Shown here in pieces: positions 26,225 through 38,899 of a stretch of DNA of 64,000 nt. Where the stretch lies: the NCBI GenBank assembly GCA_002269645.1, contig NIVC01002725.1, forward strand, positions 62,001-126,000, in the 5' to 3' direction. The notes beneath the pieces were generated by a model. That model was not told the DNA's origin. It saw nothing but the letters and a program-made list of their open reading frames with translations, and made no database searches. Source of the stretch: Macrostomum lignano. Taxonomy: Eukaryota. A program made the translations under genes and the position numbers. Position 1 is the first letter of the stretch, and each line of letters opens with the position of its first letter.

Positions 26225-28055
26225 AGGTGGGCGTCCTGTCTCTTGGTGAGCGCCACTGTCTCTTGGTGAGCGCCACTGTCTCTTGGTGAGCACCCCTGTC
26301 TCTTGGTGGGCGTCCTGTCTCTTGGTGAGCGCCACTGTCTCTTGGTGAGCGCCCCTGTCTCTTGGTGAGCACCCCTGCCTCTTGGTGGGTGTCCCTGTCT
26401 CTTGGTGAGCGCCCCTGTCTCTTGGTGGGTGTCCCTGTCTCTTGGTGAGCGCCCCTGTCTCTTGGTGGGTGTCCCTGTCTCTTGGTTAGCGCCCCTGTCT
26501 GTTGGTGAGCGTCCCTGTCTGTTGGTGAGCGCCCCTGTCTGTTGGTTAGCGTCCCTATCTCTTGGTGAGCACCCCTGTCTCTTGGTGAGCGCCACTGTCT
26601 CTTGGTGAGCACCCCTGTCTCTTGGTGAGCGCCACTGTCTCTTGGTGAGCGCCACTGTCTCTTGGTGAGCACCCCTGTCTCTTGGTGGGCGTCCTGTCTC
26701 TTGGTGAGCGCCACTGTCTCTTGGTGAGCGCCACTGTCTCTTGGTGAGCACCCCTGCCTCTTGGTGGGTGTCCCTGTCTCTTGGTGAGCGCCCCTGTCTC
26801 TTGGTGAGCGCCCCTGTCTCTTGGTGAGCGCCCCTGTCTCTTGGTGGGTGTCCCTGTCTCTTGGTTAGCGCCCCTGTCTGTTGGTGAGCGTCCCTGTCTG
26901 TTGGTGAGCGCCCCTGTCTGTTGGTTAGCGTCCCTATCTCTTGGTGAGCGCCCCTGTCTGTTGGTGAGCGCCCCTGTCTGTTGGTGAGCGCCCCTGTCTG
27001 TTGGTGAGCGCCCCTGTCTGTTGGTGAGCGCCCCTGTCTGTTGGTGAGCGTCCCTGTCTGTTGGTGAGCGCCCCTGTCTGTTGGTTAGCGTCCCTATCTC
27101 TTGGTGAGCGCCCCTGTCTGTTGGTGAGCGCCCCTGTCTGTTGGTGAGCGTCCCTGTCTCTTGGTGAGCGCCCCTGTCTGTTGGTTAGCGTCCCTATCTC
27201 TTGGTGAGCGCCCCTGTCTGTTGGTGAGCGTCCTTGTCTCTTGGTGGGTGTCCCTGTCTCTTGGTGAGCGCCCCTGTCTCTTGGTGAGCGCCCCTGTCTC
27301 TTGGTGGGTGTCCCTGTCTCTTGGTGAGCGCCCCTGTCTCTTGGTGGGTGTCCCTGTCTCTTGGTGAGCGCCCCTGTCTCTTGGTGGGTGTCCCTGTCTC
27401 TTGGTGAGCGCCCCTGTCTCTTGGTGAGCGCCCCTGTCTCTTGGTGGGTGTCCCTGTCTCTTGGTGAGCGCCCCTGTCTCTTGGTGAGCGCCCCTGTCTC
27501 TTGGTGAGCGCCCCTGTCTCTTGGTGAGCGCCCCTGTCTCTTGGTGAGCGCCCCTGTCTCTTGGTGAGCGCCCCTGTCTCTTGGTGAGCGCCCCTGTCTC
27601 TTGGTGAGCGCCCCTGTCTCTTGGTGAGCGCCCCTGTCTCTTGGTGAGCGCCCCTGTCTCTTGGTGAGCGCCCCTGTCTCTTGGTGAGCGTCCCTGTCTG
27701 TTGGTGAGCGCCACTGTATCTTGGTTAGCGCCCCTGTCTGTTGGTGAGCGTCCCTGTCTGTTGGTGAGCGTCCCTGTCTCTTGGTGAGCGTCCCTGTCTG
27801 TTGGTGAGCGCCACTGTATCTTGGTTAGCGCCCCTGTCTGTTGGTGAGCGCCACTGTATCTTGGTTAGCGCCCCTGTCTGTTGGTGAGCGTCCCTGTCTG
27901 TTGGTGAGCGTCCTTGTCTGTTGGTGAGCGTCCCTGTCTGTTGGTGGGCGCCCCTGTCTTTTGGTGAGCGTCCCTGTCTCTTGGTGAGCGTCCCTGTCTG
28001 TTGGTGAGCGTCCCTGTCTCTTGGTGAGCGCCCCTGTCTCTTGGTGGGTGTCCCT
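26225..28055. repeat. 20-bp minisatellite (TTGGTGAGCGCCCCTGTCTC), about 90 copies
   Basis: Period 20. Confidence 0.97.
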
Positions 28056-28782
28056 ATTCCCTTTGGCCACTGCACACCACCTTCCAGAGGTGTCAAACGT
28101 CGTTGAGTTTCTATCATTCGTCAGACTATCAGTGTTCTTCAACAGCAGACTATCATAAATATCTAGAAGAATTAAAGTTGCACTTTTTCCTATAACTACA
28201 AAGTTTTAATCCTCATACTACGAAATTTCGAGACCTTGGTACCTGCAGTACTATCTAGATTAATTGAAATTCTAGTTGTTTACTCTTATTTAAATATGCA
28301 GAAATTGTGTTGTCACTCAATTATCAGTTTCCAGTTCAGGTCTCTTCTAATTTGCAGCGTCCATGGTCTCTCTCTGTCTCCCTTCCCCATAGCTTCCCTC
28401 TGCTAATGGTTCAGCTTTGATTAATCATGAAGTCGTAAATCGCGAATTGAAAAGGAAGGAGCAGCGCAGGTTATCAAGTTTCTGCACTCCAGATAGCCAG
28501 AGAGAGAGAGAGAGAAAGATAGAGAGATAGAGAGATAGGAACTAGTCTAATTTCAACCCAACTGCTTGGTTATCAACGATTAGCAAATAAGAAAAGCCAG
28601 CCAATGAAATCTCTGGCCTGGACCAAATAAAAAGCAGTATTCGCGATAACGGATCGTCTCCAACCCCCTCCGCTACTAACACTTGAGACACAAGAAGATA
28701 CGAGCGTACTATGCAAGGAAGCACCCGTTCCTTTTATTGAAATACTGCACTGACTTATACTGCACTTAACAGCAAAAGCCAG

Positions 28783-31700
28783 ATGGACAATTCGTCACCA
28801 GATGAACAGTTTGGCATGACCCCAAGATTTGCAGTTAAGAAAACGATCAATAATGACGAGGAAGTGTCGATGCCGTTGAGCCATCCGACGGATGGCGACA
28901 AGGCGGAGAGAGCCGGATCCGAAGGCGAGCCGAGCGAGGCCAGGGTGCAGTGGAACAGCAAGATGGAATTCCTGCTGTCAACCATTGGGTTTGCCGTCGA
29001 TTTGTCCAACGTGTTCAGATTTCCAAACACGTGCTACAGCAACGGTGGAGGTGAGGTTGAGAATTTAGCTGTAATAAACCGGCCAATTTTCGTGCACACA
29101 AGCCCCAAATTAATGGTGGCCACGACAACCCACCACCGGCCAATTTTCATGCACACAAGCCCCAAATGAATGGTGGCCGCGACAACCCACCACCGGCCAA
29201 TTTTCGTGCACACAAGCCCCAAATGAATGGTGGCCGCGACAACCCACCACCGGTCAATTTTCGTGCACACAAGCCCTAAATGAATGGCGGCTACGACAAC
29301 CCACCACCGGCCAATTTTCGTGCACACAAGCCCTAAATGAATGGGGGCTACGACAACCCACCACCGGCCAATTTTCGTGCACACAAGCCCCAAATAAACG
29401 GTGGCCGCGACAACCCACCACCGGCCAATTTTCGTGCACACAAGCCCCAAATGAATGGTGGCCGCGACAACCCACCACCGGCCAATTTTCGTGCACACAA
29501 GCCCCAAATGAACGGTGGCCGCGACAACCCACCATCGGCCAATTTTCGTGCACACAAGCCCCAAATGAATGGTGGCCGCGACAACCCACCATCGGCCAAT
29601 TTTCATGCACACAAGCCCCAAATGAATGGTGGCCGCGACAACCCACCACCGGCCAATTTTCGTGTACACAAGCCCCCAAATTAATGGTGGCCACGACAAC
29701 CCACCACCGGCCAATTTTCGTGCACACAAGCCCCAAATGAATGGTGGCCGCGACAACCCACCACCGGCCAATTTTCGTGCACACAAGCCCCAAATGAATG
29801 GTGGCCACGACAACCCACCACCAGCCAATTTTCGTGCACACAAGCCCCAAATGAATGGTGGCCGCGACAACCCACCACCGGCCAATTTTCGTGCACACAA
29901 GCCCCAAATGAACGGTGGCCGCGACAACCCACCATCGGCCAATTTTCGTGCACACAAGCCCCAAATGAATGGTGGCCGCGACAACCCACCATCGGCCAAT
30001 TTTCATGCACACAAGCCCCAAATGAATGGTGGCCGCGACAACCCACCACCGGCCAATTTTCGTGCACACAAGCCCCAAATGAATGGTGGCCACGACAACC
30101 CACCACCAGCCAATTTTCATGCACACAAGCCCCAAATGAATGGTGGCCGCGACAACCCACCACCGGCCAATTTTCGTGCACACAAGCCCCAAATGAACGG
30201 TGGCCGCGACAACCCACCATCGGCCAATTTTCGTGCACACAAGCCCCAAATGAATGGTGGCCACGACAACCCACCACCGGCCAATTTTCGTGCACACAAG
30301 CCCCAAATGAATGGTGGCCACGACAACCCACCACCGGCCAATTTTCGTGCACACAAGCCCCAAATGAATGGTGGCCGCGACAACCCACCACCGGCCAATT
30401 TTCGTGCACACAAGCCCCAAATGAACGGTGGCCGCGACAACCCACCACCGGCCAATTTTCGTGCACACAAGCCCCAAATGAATGGTGGCCACGACAACCC
30501 ACCACCGGCCAATTTTCGTGCACACAAGCCCCCAAATTAATGGTGGCCACGACAACCCACCACCGGCCAATTTTCATGCACACAAGCCCCAAATTAATGG
30601 TGGCCACGACAACCCACCACCGGCCAATTTTCATGCACACAAGCCCCAAATTAATGGTGGCCACGACAACCCACCACCGGCCAATTTTCGCGCATTTAAT
30701 TTAATCCAAGATAGGTTTGCCAATGTAACAGAGCTTTTGTCTATGGTAGCAAGGCTGCCACAGCGGCACTCAATTCGGTCCATAGCTTTATTTGCAACTG
30801 TTGCGAAGGAGCAAGATCAGCCCCAGAATTGTGAACCATGCTAGCTTGTGGAACGAATGCCACTGGCTTGTGATCAAAGCACTCAACAGAGGTGAACACC
30901 CAAAGGACATTGCAATGTTGCTGAACATAGAAGAAAGATGGTTTACAGCATCCATCAGCGTGTTGAAACCACTTCTGGCAGAGGTCGCCTGTGAAAGGTG
31001 GCAATCGCCAAGGCAAGTTGCTAGAGACTCAGGTCCAACTGCTACTCGATGCAATTGAGACGAACCCTTTGTTGACGTTGCAGAAATGCAGCAGCAGTTG
31101 AAGGAACAGTTCCAGTTGGTTATCAGATTTGGACCATCAGCAGAGCTCTGGAAAAGCAACTGAAAAATGCTGGTACAGACGCTGACATTCCATCGGTGCG
31201 CAACAACCCTTAGGCGGTTGCGAGAAGGTAGGAGTTTGCCATTGGCTCACAAGCATTTGGACCAAATTGATGCTTGTTGAACTAAATTAAAGGCCGCTGC
31301 GCCAGCCTTGCTACCATAGACAAAAGCTCCGTTACTTACATTGGCAAACGTATCTTGGATTAAATTCAATGTGCGTAAGCCCAAATGTTTGCAAATCTGA
31401 AAGGGAATCGTGAATTTTAGGATTTCAGAAATAAAAATGGCGGTAAGTTGGATAAATTAAATATTTCAGAATCTTAATTAATTCTAGAAGAATCCAAAAA
31501 AATCTAGAAATAAGCACTGAAAAGCTCAAACTGAGGCCTTCGTAGACTTTTTCAATAGCAGTGGACAAAACTGAAATCAATTATGATTGTCGTTTTTCTG
31601 CTTTTAGGAGCCTTTCTAATCCCGTATTTCTGCATGCTGGCTCTGTGCGCCCTGCCCCTGTTCTATATGGAGCTGCTGCTGGGCCAGTACAATCGGCAGG

Positions 31701-32704
31701 GCTGCATCAGCGTCTGGAATAAAGTCTGCCCTATTATGAAAGGTACGCGGGCTTGCTGGGATTTCACCTATGTTTTACGCTATTACTAGTCTAGCCAATC
31801 GAATTAAGGTAAGATAAAATCGCTGTACATTGGAAGGGTAAGCAACTAAGTTGCTGACTAGGCGAGAAAGGTCAGGTAGGTGGGTGGCTACTGAATATAC
31901 GGGGTAAGAGGGGTGATGGGGGTGGCTGTTCAATAGACGGGGGTAAGAGGGGTGGTGGGGGTGGCTGTTCAATAGACGGGGTAAGAGGGGTGGTGGGGGT
32001 GGCTGTTCAATAGACGGGGGTAAGAGGGGTGGTGGGGGTGGCTGTAATAGACGGGGGTAAATAGGTGTGGTGGGGTGGCTGTTCAATACACAAGGGTAAG
32101 AGGGGTGGTGGGGTGGCTATTCAATACACAAGGGTAAGAGGGGTGGTGGGGTGGTTTTTCAATAGACAGGGTAAGAGGGGAGGAGGGGTGGCTTCTCAAT
32201 AAATAGACGGGGTAAGAGGGGTGGCTGTTCAATACGAGCGTAGACATGGTAAGAGGGGTGGCTGTTCAATACGAGCGTAGACATGGTAAGAGGGGTAGCG
32301 AGGTGGCTGTTTAAGGAGCCGGGCTCATGATTAATTCCTCATACGTAGATGTGGCTAATACGAAATACGTGGCTAATACGTAGCTTCTATCGTAACAACT
32401 ACAGGTGTCGGCGTTGCCTCATGCGTAATGAACTTCTACGTTGCCCTTTTCTATAATTCGGTCATCGCTTGGTCATTCTATTACCTGTTTTCTTCATTCA
32501 CAAGCGTACTGCCGTGGACTCGATGCGACCAGACTTATAATACGGAATTCTGCTGGAACGATGCCAAACAAGAGACCTGTCTGCTGGGTTTCAACGGATC
32601 TGCGATTGGGAATTTTACTGAGTGGTCGGGTAACGGGAGCATCTGCCATCCGGACAGTAGGAGAGTCTCCTCCGCGTCTGAGTACTTTGAGTGAGCAGAT
32701 AGGC

Positions 32705-32780
<76 letters not shown>

Positions 32781-35700
32781 GGTCTGTCTACCCGTCCTAT
32801 TTTGCTGTTTTGAATTTACAGAAACGATCTGTTAACTGTGTTTCTCTCCAATTTCCCCATCATTTTGAGCTGCTTTGTCCCAGAAGCTTTGAAAAATGAG
32901 TATGATGATTGTTAGACAAAAATTCAATTTGCTAATTCAAAAACCCTGGATACGTTTAATTAAACATCCAGAGGTTTGCCTTTGAAATCGCAACACTTCA
33001 AACGGAACAGCTCGGATGGAAAATTAATTGAAATGTTTTTTTTCAATAAATCAAAGCCCTAATTAAAGAGCTTCAATATTTTAGGCGATTGAAAACTGAT
33101 TTATAATTGCAATTTTTTAACAATCACAAGCTATCACGTGCTCGGACTTCGTGAGGCGACTGGATTTCACGACCTTGGCCCGCCGAAATGGGACCTGAGC
33201 CTCTGCCTCGCGCTCACCTTTGTCTGCCTGTACTTCTCACTGTTCAAGGGCGTCAAGTCCATGGGAGTGGTGAGTCACAGTGGTCTCTCTGGCTTATGCA
33301 AGCATGGATTACACCTATAATACGACGTAGATTATTGGAAAGCAATTTGTTGCGAGTATGGCATCATAGTTGGCTTGCTCCATACTTATTTATGACTTCT
33401 GATGTGCAGTGTCCATGAGTACATGACTTCTGATGTGCAGTGTCCATGAGTACATGACTTCTGATGTGCAGTGTCCATGAGTACATGACTTCTGATGCGC
33501 AGTGTCCATGAGTACATGACTTCTGATGCGCAGTGTCCATGAGTACATGACTTCTGATGTGCAGTGTCCATGAGTACATGACTTCTGATGCGCAGTGTCC
33601 ATGAGTACATGACTTCTGATGCGCAGTGTCCATGAGTACATGACTTCTGATGTGCAGTGTCCATGAGTACATGACTTCTGATGTGCAGTGTCCATGAGTA
33701 CATGACTTCTGATGAGCAGTGTCCATGAGTACATGACCTCTGATGCGCAGTGTCCATTAGTACACGACCTCTGATGCGCAATGTCCTGTACAAAATATCA
33801 AATAATCGACTTCAAAATTATCCGTCCGCTTGAGAAAGATTTTAAAGTACGAGCTTACACGTGCACTCTGATTTGCAGGCAGTGTGGATCACGGCTCTGT
33901 TGCCGTACATTGTGCTCAGCATCCTGCTGGTTCGCGGTCTGATGCTGCCGGGCGCCTTGGACGGCATCAAATATTTTATTAGGCCATCATTTGGCAAACT
34001 GCTGGATATCAAAGTAAGTGAATGAGCTGGAACTCAGGGACAAACTGAAGTAGAAGGACTCTCTAACTCCCGATATTTTTAGAAATGAGCTGGAAGCCGG
34101 TAAGGAGCGTCATATTTATCGTATCGCTAGGGAGGGCACTTATAGTGCACAATGAGATGGCACCCATTTTACAGCTGGGTGAACTGAAGCAATGCAGAGT
34201 TAAATGTCTTGCTCAAGGACACAAATTGTTCCAGTGGGATCGGGAATCGAACCCCCCCCCCCGACCTTCAAGTCGTGAGTCCGAAGCTCTTACCACTAGG
34301 CTTCAACCCTGACAATAATTCCCCAAAAATCGTTGTCCATGGTCATGAAGTTGGCTTTGAAACTTTGGCCAAAGAAACGCTTTTGGGAATACTATTTTAT
34401 ACGTAGAATCTTTCTACATGTACTTTAATTGTCCCAGGCTTCATAAGACCTAGCTGGAGCGAAAGAGTACAAAAGTTTTAAAGTACACAACCACACCGCG
34501 TATCCCGGCCTTTGCCTCCTGCAGGTGTGGTCCGACGCCGCCGTGCAGATATTTTTCTCCCTGGGCTCAGGATTTGGCGTACATCTGGCCTACGCCAGCT
34601 ACAACGATTTTCACAACGGCATCTTTAACGACTGCGTGATCGCCACACTGGTGAACAGTTTCACCAGCCTGTTCTCCGGCTTCGTGGTGTTCACTTTCTT
34701 GGGATATTTGTCCGCGAAGAGTGGCACACCGATCGACAGCGTAGTGGGAGTCAGTAAGTTATTGTAAGCCGAGTTTGTTAGTTTGGTACCCAGGCGCAAA
34801 GCGTTCGGGGACATCGATCTTCAGCCAGTAATGGGGCAGGCATTCTGCCCATTCCGCGCTGACCCGTGAGCCTGCGGCGCCAAAATGGGCGCTCCTGTCT
34901 CTTGGTGGGCGCCCCACCACTGTCTCTTGGTGGGCGCCTCTGTCTCTCGGGTGGGTGCCCCTGTCTCTTGGTGGGCACCCCACCACTGTCTCTTGGTTGG
35001 CGCCCCACCACTGTCTCTTGGTGGGTGCCCCACCACTGTCTCTTGGTTGGCGCCCCACCACTGTCTCTGCGTGGGCGCCCCTGTCTCTTGGTGGGCGCCC
35101 CCTGTCTCTTGGTGGGCGCCCCCTGTCTCTTGGTTGGCGTCCCACCACTGTGTCTTGGTTGGCGCCCCACCACTGTCTCTTGGTGGGTGCCCCACCACTG
35201 TCTCTTGGTTGGCGCCCCACCACTGTCTCTGCGTGGGCGCCCCTGTCTCTTGGTGGGCACCCACTGTCTCCTGGTGGGCGCCCCCTGTCTCTTGGTTGGC
35301 GTCCCACCACTGTGTCTTGGTTGGCGCCCCACCACTGTCTCTTGGTGGGTGCCCCACCACTGTCTCTTGGTTGGCGCCCCACCACTGTCTCTGCGTGGGC
35401 GCCCCTGTCTCTTGGTGGGCACCCACTGTCTCCTGGTTGGCGCCCCACCACTGTCTCTTGGTTGGCGCCCCCTGTCTCTTGGTTGGCGCCCCACCACTGT
35501 CTCTTGGTGGGCGCCCCCTGTCTCTTGGTGGGCGCCCCCTGTCTCTTGGTGGGCGCCCCCTGTCTCTTGGTGGGCGCCCCACCACTGTCTCTTGGTTGGC
35601 GCCCCACCACTGTCTCTTGGTGGGCGCCCCCTGTCTCTTGGTGGGCACCCCACCACTGTCTCTTGGTTGGCGCCCCACCACTGTCTCTTGGTGGGTGCCC

Positions 35701-38700
35701 CACCACTGTCTCTTGGTTGGCGCCCCACCACTGTCTCTGCGTGGGCGCCCCTGTCTCTTGGTGGGCGCCCCCTGTCTCTTGGTGGGCGCCCCCTGTCTCT
35801 TGGTTGGCGTCCCACCACTGTGTCTTGGTTGGCGCCCCACCACTGTCTCTTGGTGGGTGCCCCACCACTGTCTCTTGGTTGGCGCCCCACCACTGTCTCT
35901 GCGTGGGCGCCCCTGTCTCTTGGTGGGCGCCCCCTGTCTCTTGGTGGGCGCCCCCTGTCTCTTGGTTGGCGTCCCACCACTGTGTCTTGGTTGGCGCCCC
36001 ACCACTGTCTCTTGGTGGGTGCCCCACCACTGTCTCTTGGTTGGCGCCCCACCACTGTCTCTGCGTGGGCGCCCCTGTCTCTTGGTGGGCACCCACTGTC
36101 TCCTGGTTGGCGCCCCACCACTGTCTCTTGGTTGGCGCCCCCTGTCTCTTGGTTGGCGCCCCACCACTGTCTCTTGGTTGGCGCCCCACCACTGTCTCTT
36201 GGTTGGCACCCCACCACTGTCTCTTGGTTGGCGCCCCACCACTGTCTCTTGGTTGGCGCCCCACCACTGTCTCTTGGTTGGCGCCCCACCACTGTGTCTT
36301 GGTTGGCGCCCCACCACTGTCTCTTGGTTGGCGCCCCACCACTGTCTCTTGGTGTGCGCACTGTCTGTTAGGCCTCTTTCATTTCAAATTTGTTCGTTGG
36401 AGAGGGGGCGGCGCTACGGCCCCTCCTAGCGCCCCTCTTGCATACGCCACTGTCTACTAGGACAGTGGTCACCAGTCAGAGGGTTATTCTGGTATTTATT
36501 GCCCGGCCGAAAACTTAGGCTTGCCATAGACTGAACGGTTTTAGTCAGGGCTGCAATAACAAACTGTTCACAGACTCCGGTCTCGTATTCACGGTCTACC
36601 CGGAGGCTCTGTCAACCATACCTGGAGCTCCCTTCTGGTCCGTGCTATTCTTCATCATGCTGCTCACCCTTGGCCTGGACAGCAGCTTCGGAGCGTTGGA
36701 AGCCCTGCTCACGGCCGTCACCGATGAATACAAGAAACAGATCAGTCGAATGAAATACTCCCGGGAGATTACCACCGGAGTGGCGTGCATAATTATCTAC
36801 CTGTGCGCTCTGCCCAATGTAACCTATGTGAGTCATCAAGCAGCGGAGATTATGTTTAACAATTCCACTGAAAACCGATTTTTCCTGCCATTGCAGGGTG
36901 GCATGTACGTTTACCGTTTCTTGGAGGAGTTCGGAGCTGGAGTATCCATTTTGGTAGCGGTCGTCATGCAGTGCCTCTGCGTCAGCTGGGTATACGGTGA
37001 GACTCGGAACTATACCTTAGATATATGAGCATTGAGAGCACGAAGATTAGATTAGGGTTTAGGCTCGGCAGTCAGATTGCAGCACGGAATTGCGGTAAAC
37101 CTATGACATCTGCCAGACAACAAAATATTGAATGTGCACATAAGGGTTCAATAAAAGCTCTCTTTAATGAACACTCAACCAGGCCCTCCCTCTCTCTCAT
37201 GTTTGATAAACTCGCTCCCCCATGTACACTTAGACAGGCCCTCCCTCTCCCCATGTTTGATAAACTCGCTCCCCCATGTACACTTAGACAGGCCCTCCCT
37301 CTCCCCATGTTTGATAAACTCGCTCCGCCATGTACACTCAACCAGGCCCTCCCTCTCTCCACGTTTGATAAAACTCTCTCCCCGTGTACACTCAGCCAGG
37401 CCCTGCCTCTCCCCATGTTTGATAAAACTCGCTCGCCCATGTACACTCAGCCAGGCCCTCCTTCTCCCCATGTTTGATAAAACTCTCTCCCCTATGTACA
37501 CTCAGCCAGGCTCTGCCTATGTTCAATAAAAATCGGTTGTACATTCAACCAAGACCCCTTGTAATGAATTATCTGAAATTCTCAGTGCGCAGCTTAGCAA
37601 ACAAAAATCGTAATTTTCCCGCAGGTCTGCACAACTTTTCAAACGACGTAAATGAAATGCTGGGCTCCAGACCCTGGATGGGCTGGCGGATCCTGTGGAA
37701 GGTTGTCACGCCAGTAATTTTACTCGTGTTGTCCGTGTACAGCCTATGCAACGTGAAAAACCCACATATGCAGTACAGCAATGGAGACTTCTATCATTAT
37801 CCCAGCCACACTAAATATCTAGGCTGGCTAGTGGTCCTATCCAGCATTAGTTTCATACCAATATTTGCAATTTGGACTGTGTTGCGAATGGATGGACGAA
37901 GTATTAGAGAGGTAAGTAAATACGAGTGTATATAAGTGAATTCAAGTTTAAAGATAGACGAGATGGCGGGGTTAACTGGAAGCCAAACTTAGCCAGTGTA
38001 CATTTGGGATAGAGTTTTATTGGGAGGGGCGAGACAACGGGGTTGGTTGGAAGCCAGTGTACATTTGGGGTAGAGTTTTATTGGGAGGAGCGAGATAGCG
38101 GGGTTGGTTGGAAGCCAGTGTACATTTGGGGTAGTTTTATTAAGGGGGGATAGCGGGGTTGGTTGGAAGCCAGTGTACATTTGGGGTAGAGTTTTATTGG
38201 GAGGAGCGAGATAGCGGGGTTGGTTGGAAGCCAGTGTACATTTGGGGTAGTTTTATTAGGGGGGATAGCGGGGTTACTTGGAAACCAGTGTACATTTGGG
38301 GTAGAGTTTATTGCGAGGGGCGAGATAGCGGGGTTGGCTGAGAGCCGGTGTACATTTGGGGTAGAGTTTTATTGGGGGGGAGATAGCAGGGTTGGTTGGA
38401 AGGGGTCTACGACAATTGACTGCCACAATTTGACTGCCACAATTTGACTGTGGTCAATTTGACTGCGGACAATTTGACTGCCGAGCAATTTGACTGCCGA
38501 CAAAATGACTGCGAACAAAATGACTGCGGACAAAATGACTGCCGACAATTTGACTGCCGACAAATGACTGCAGACAAAATGACTGCCGACAATTTGACTG
38601 CCGACAATTTGACTGCCAACAAAATGACTGCCGACAAAATGACTGCGGAAATTTGACTGCCGACAATATGACTGCGGCAATTTGACTGCCGACAATATGA

Positions 38701-38803
38701 CTGCGGCAATTTGACTGCCAGCAAAATGACTGCGGCAATTGACTGCCGACAATATAGAAAACAAGAGGCCACCCCTCCTCCTCTCTCCCCAGTCCCTCAA
38801 TGT

Positions 38804-38899
<96 letters not shown>

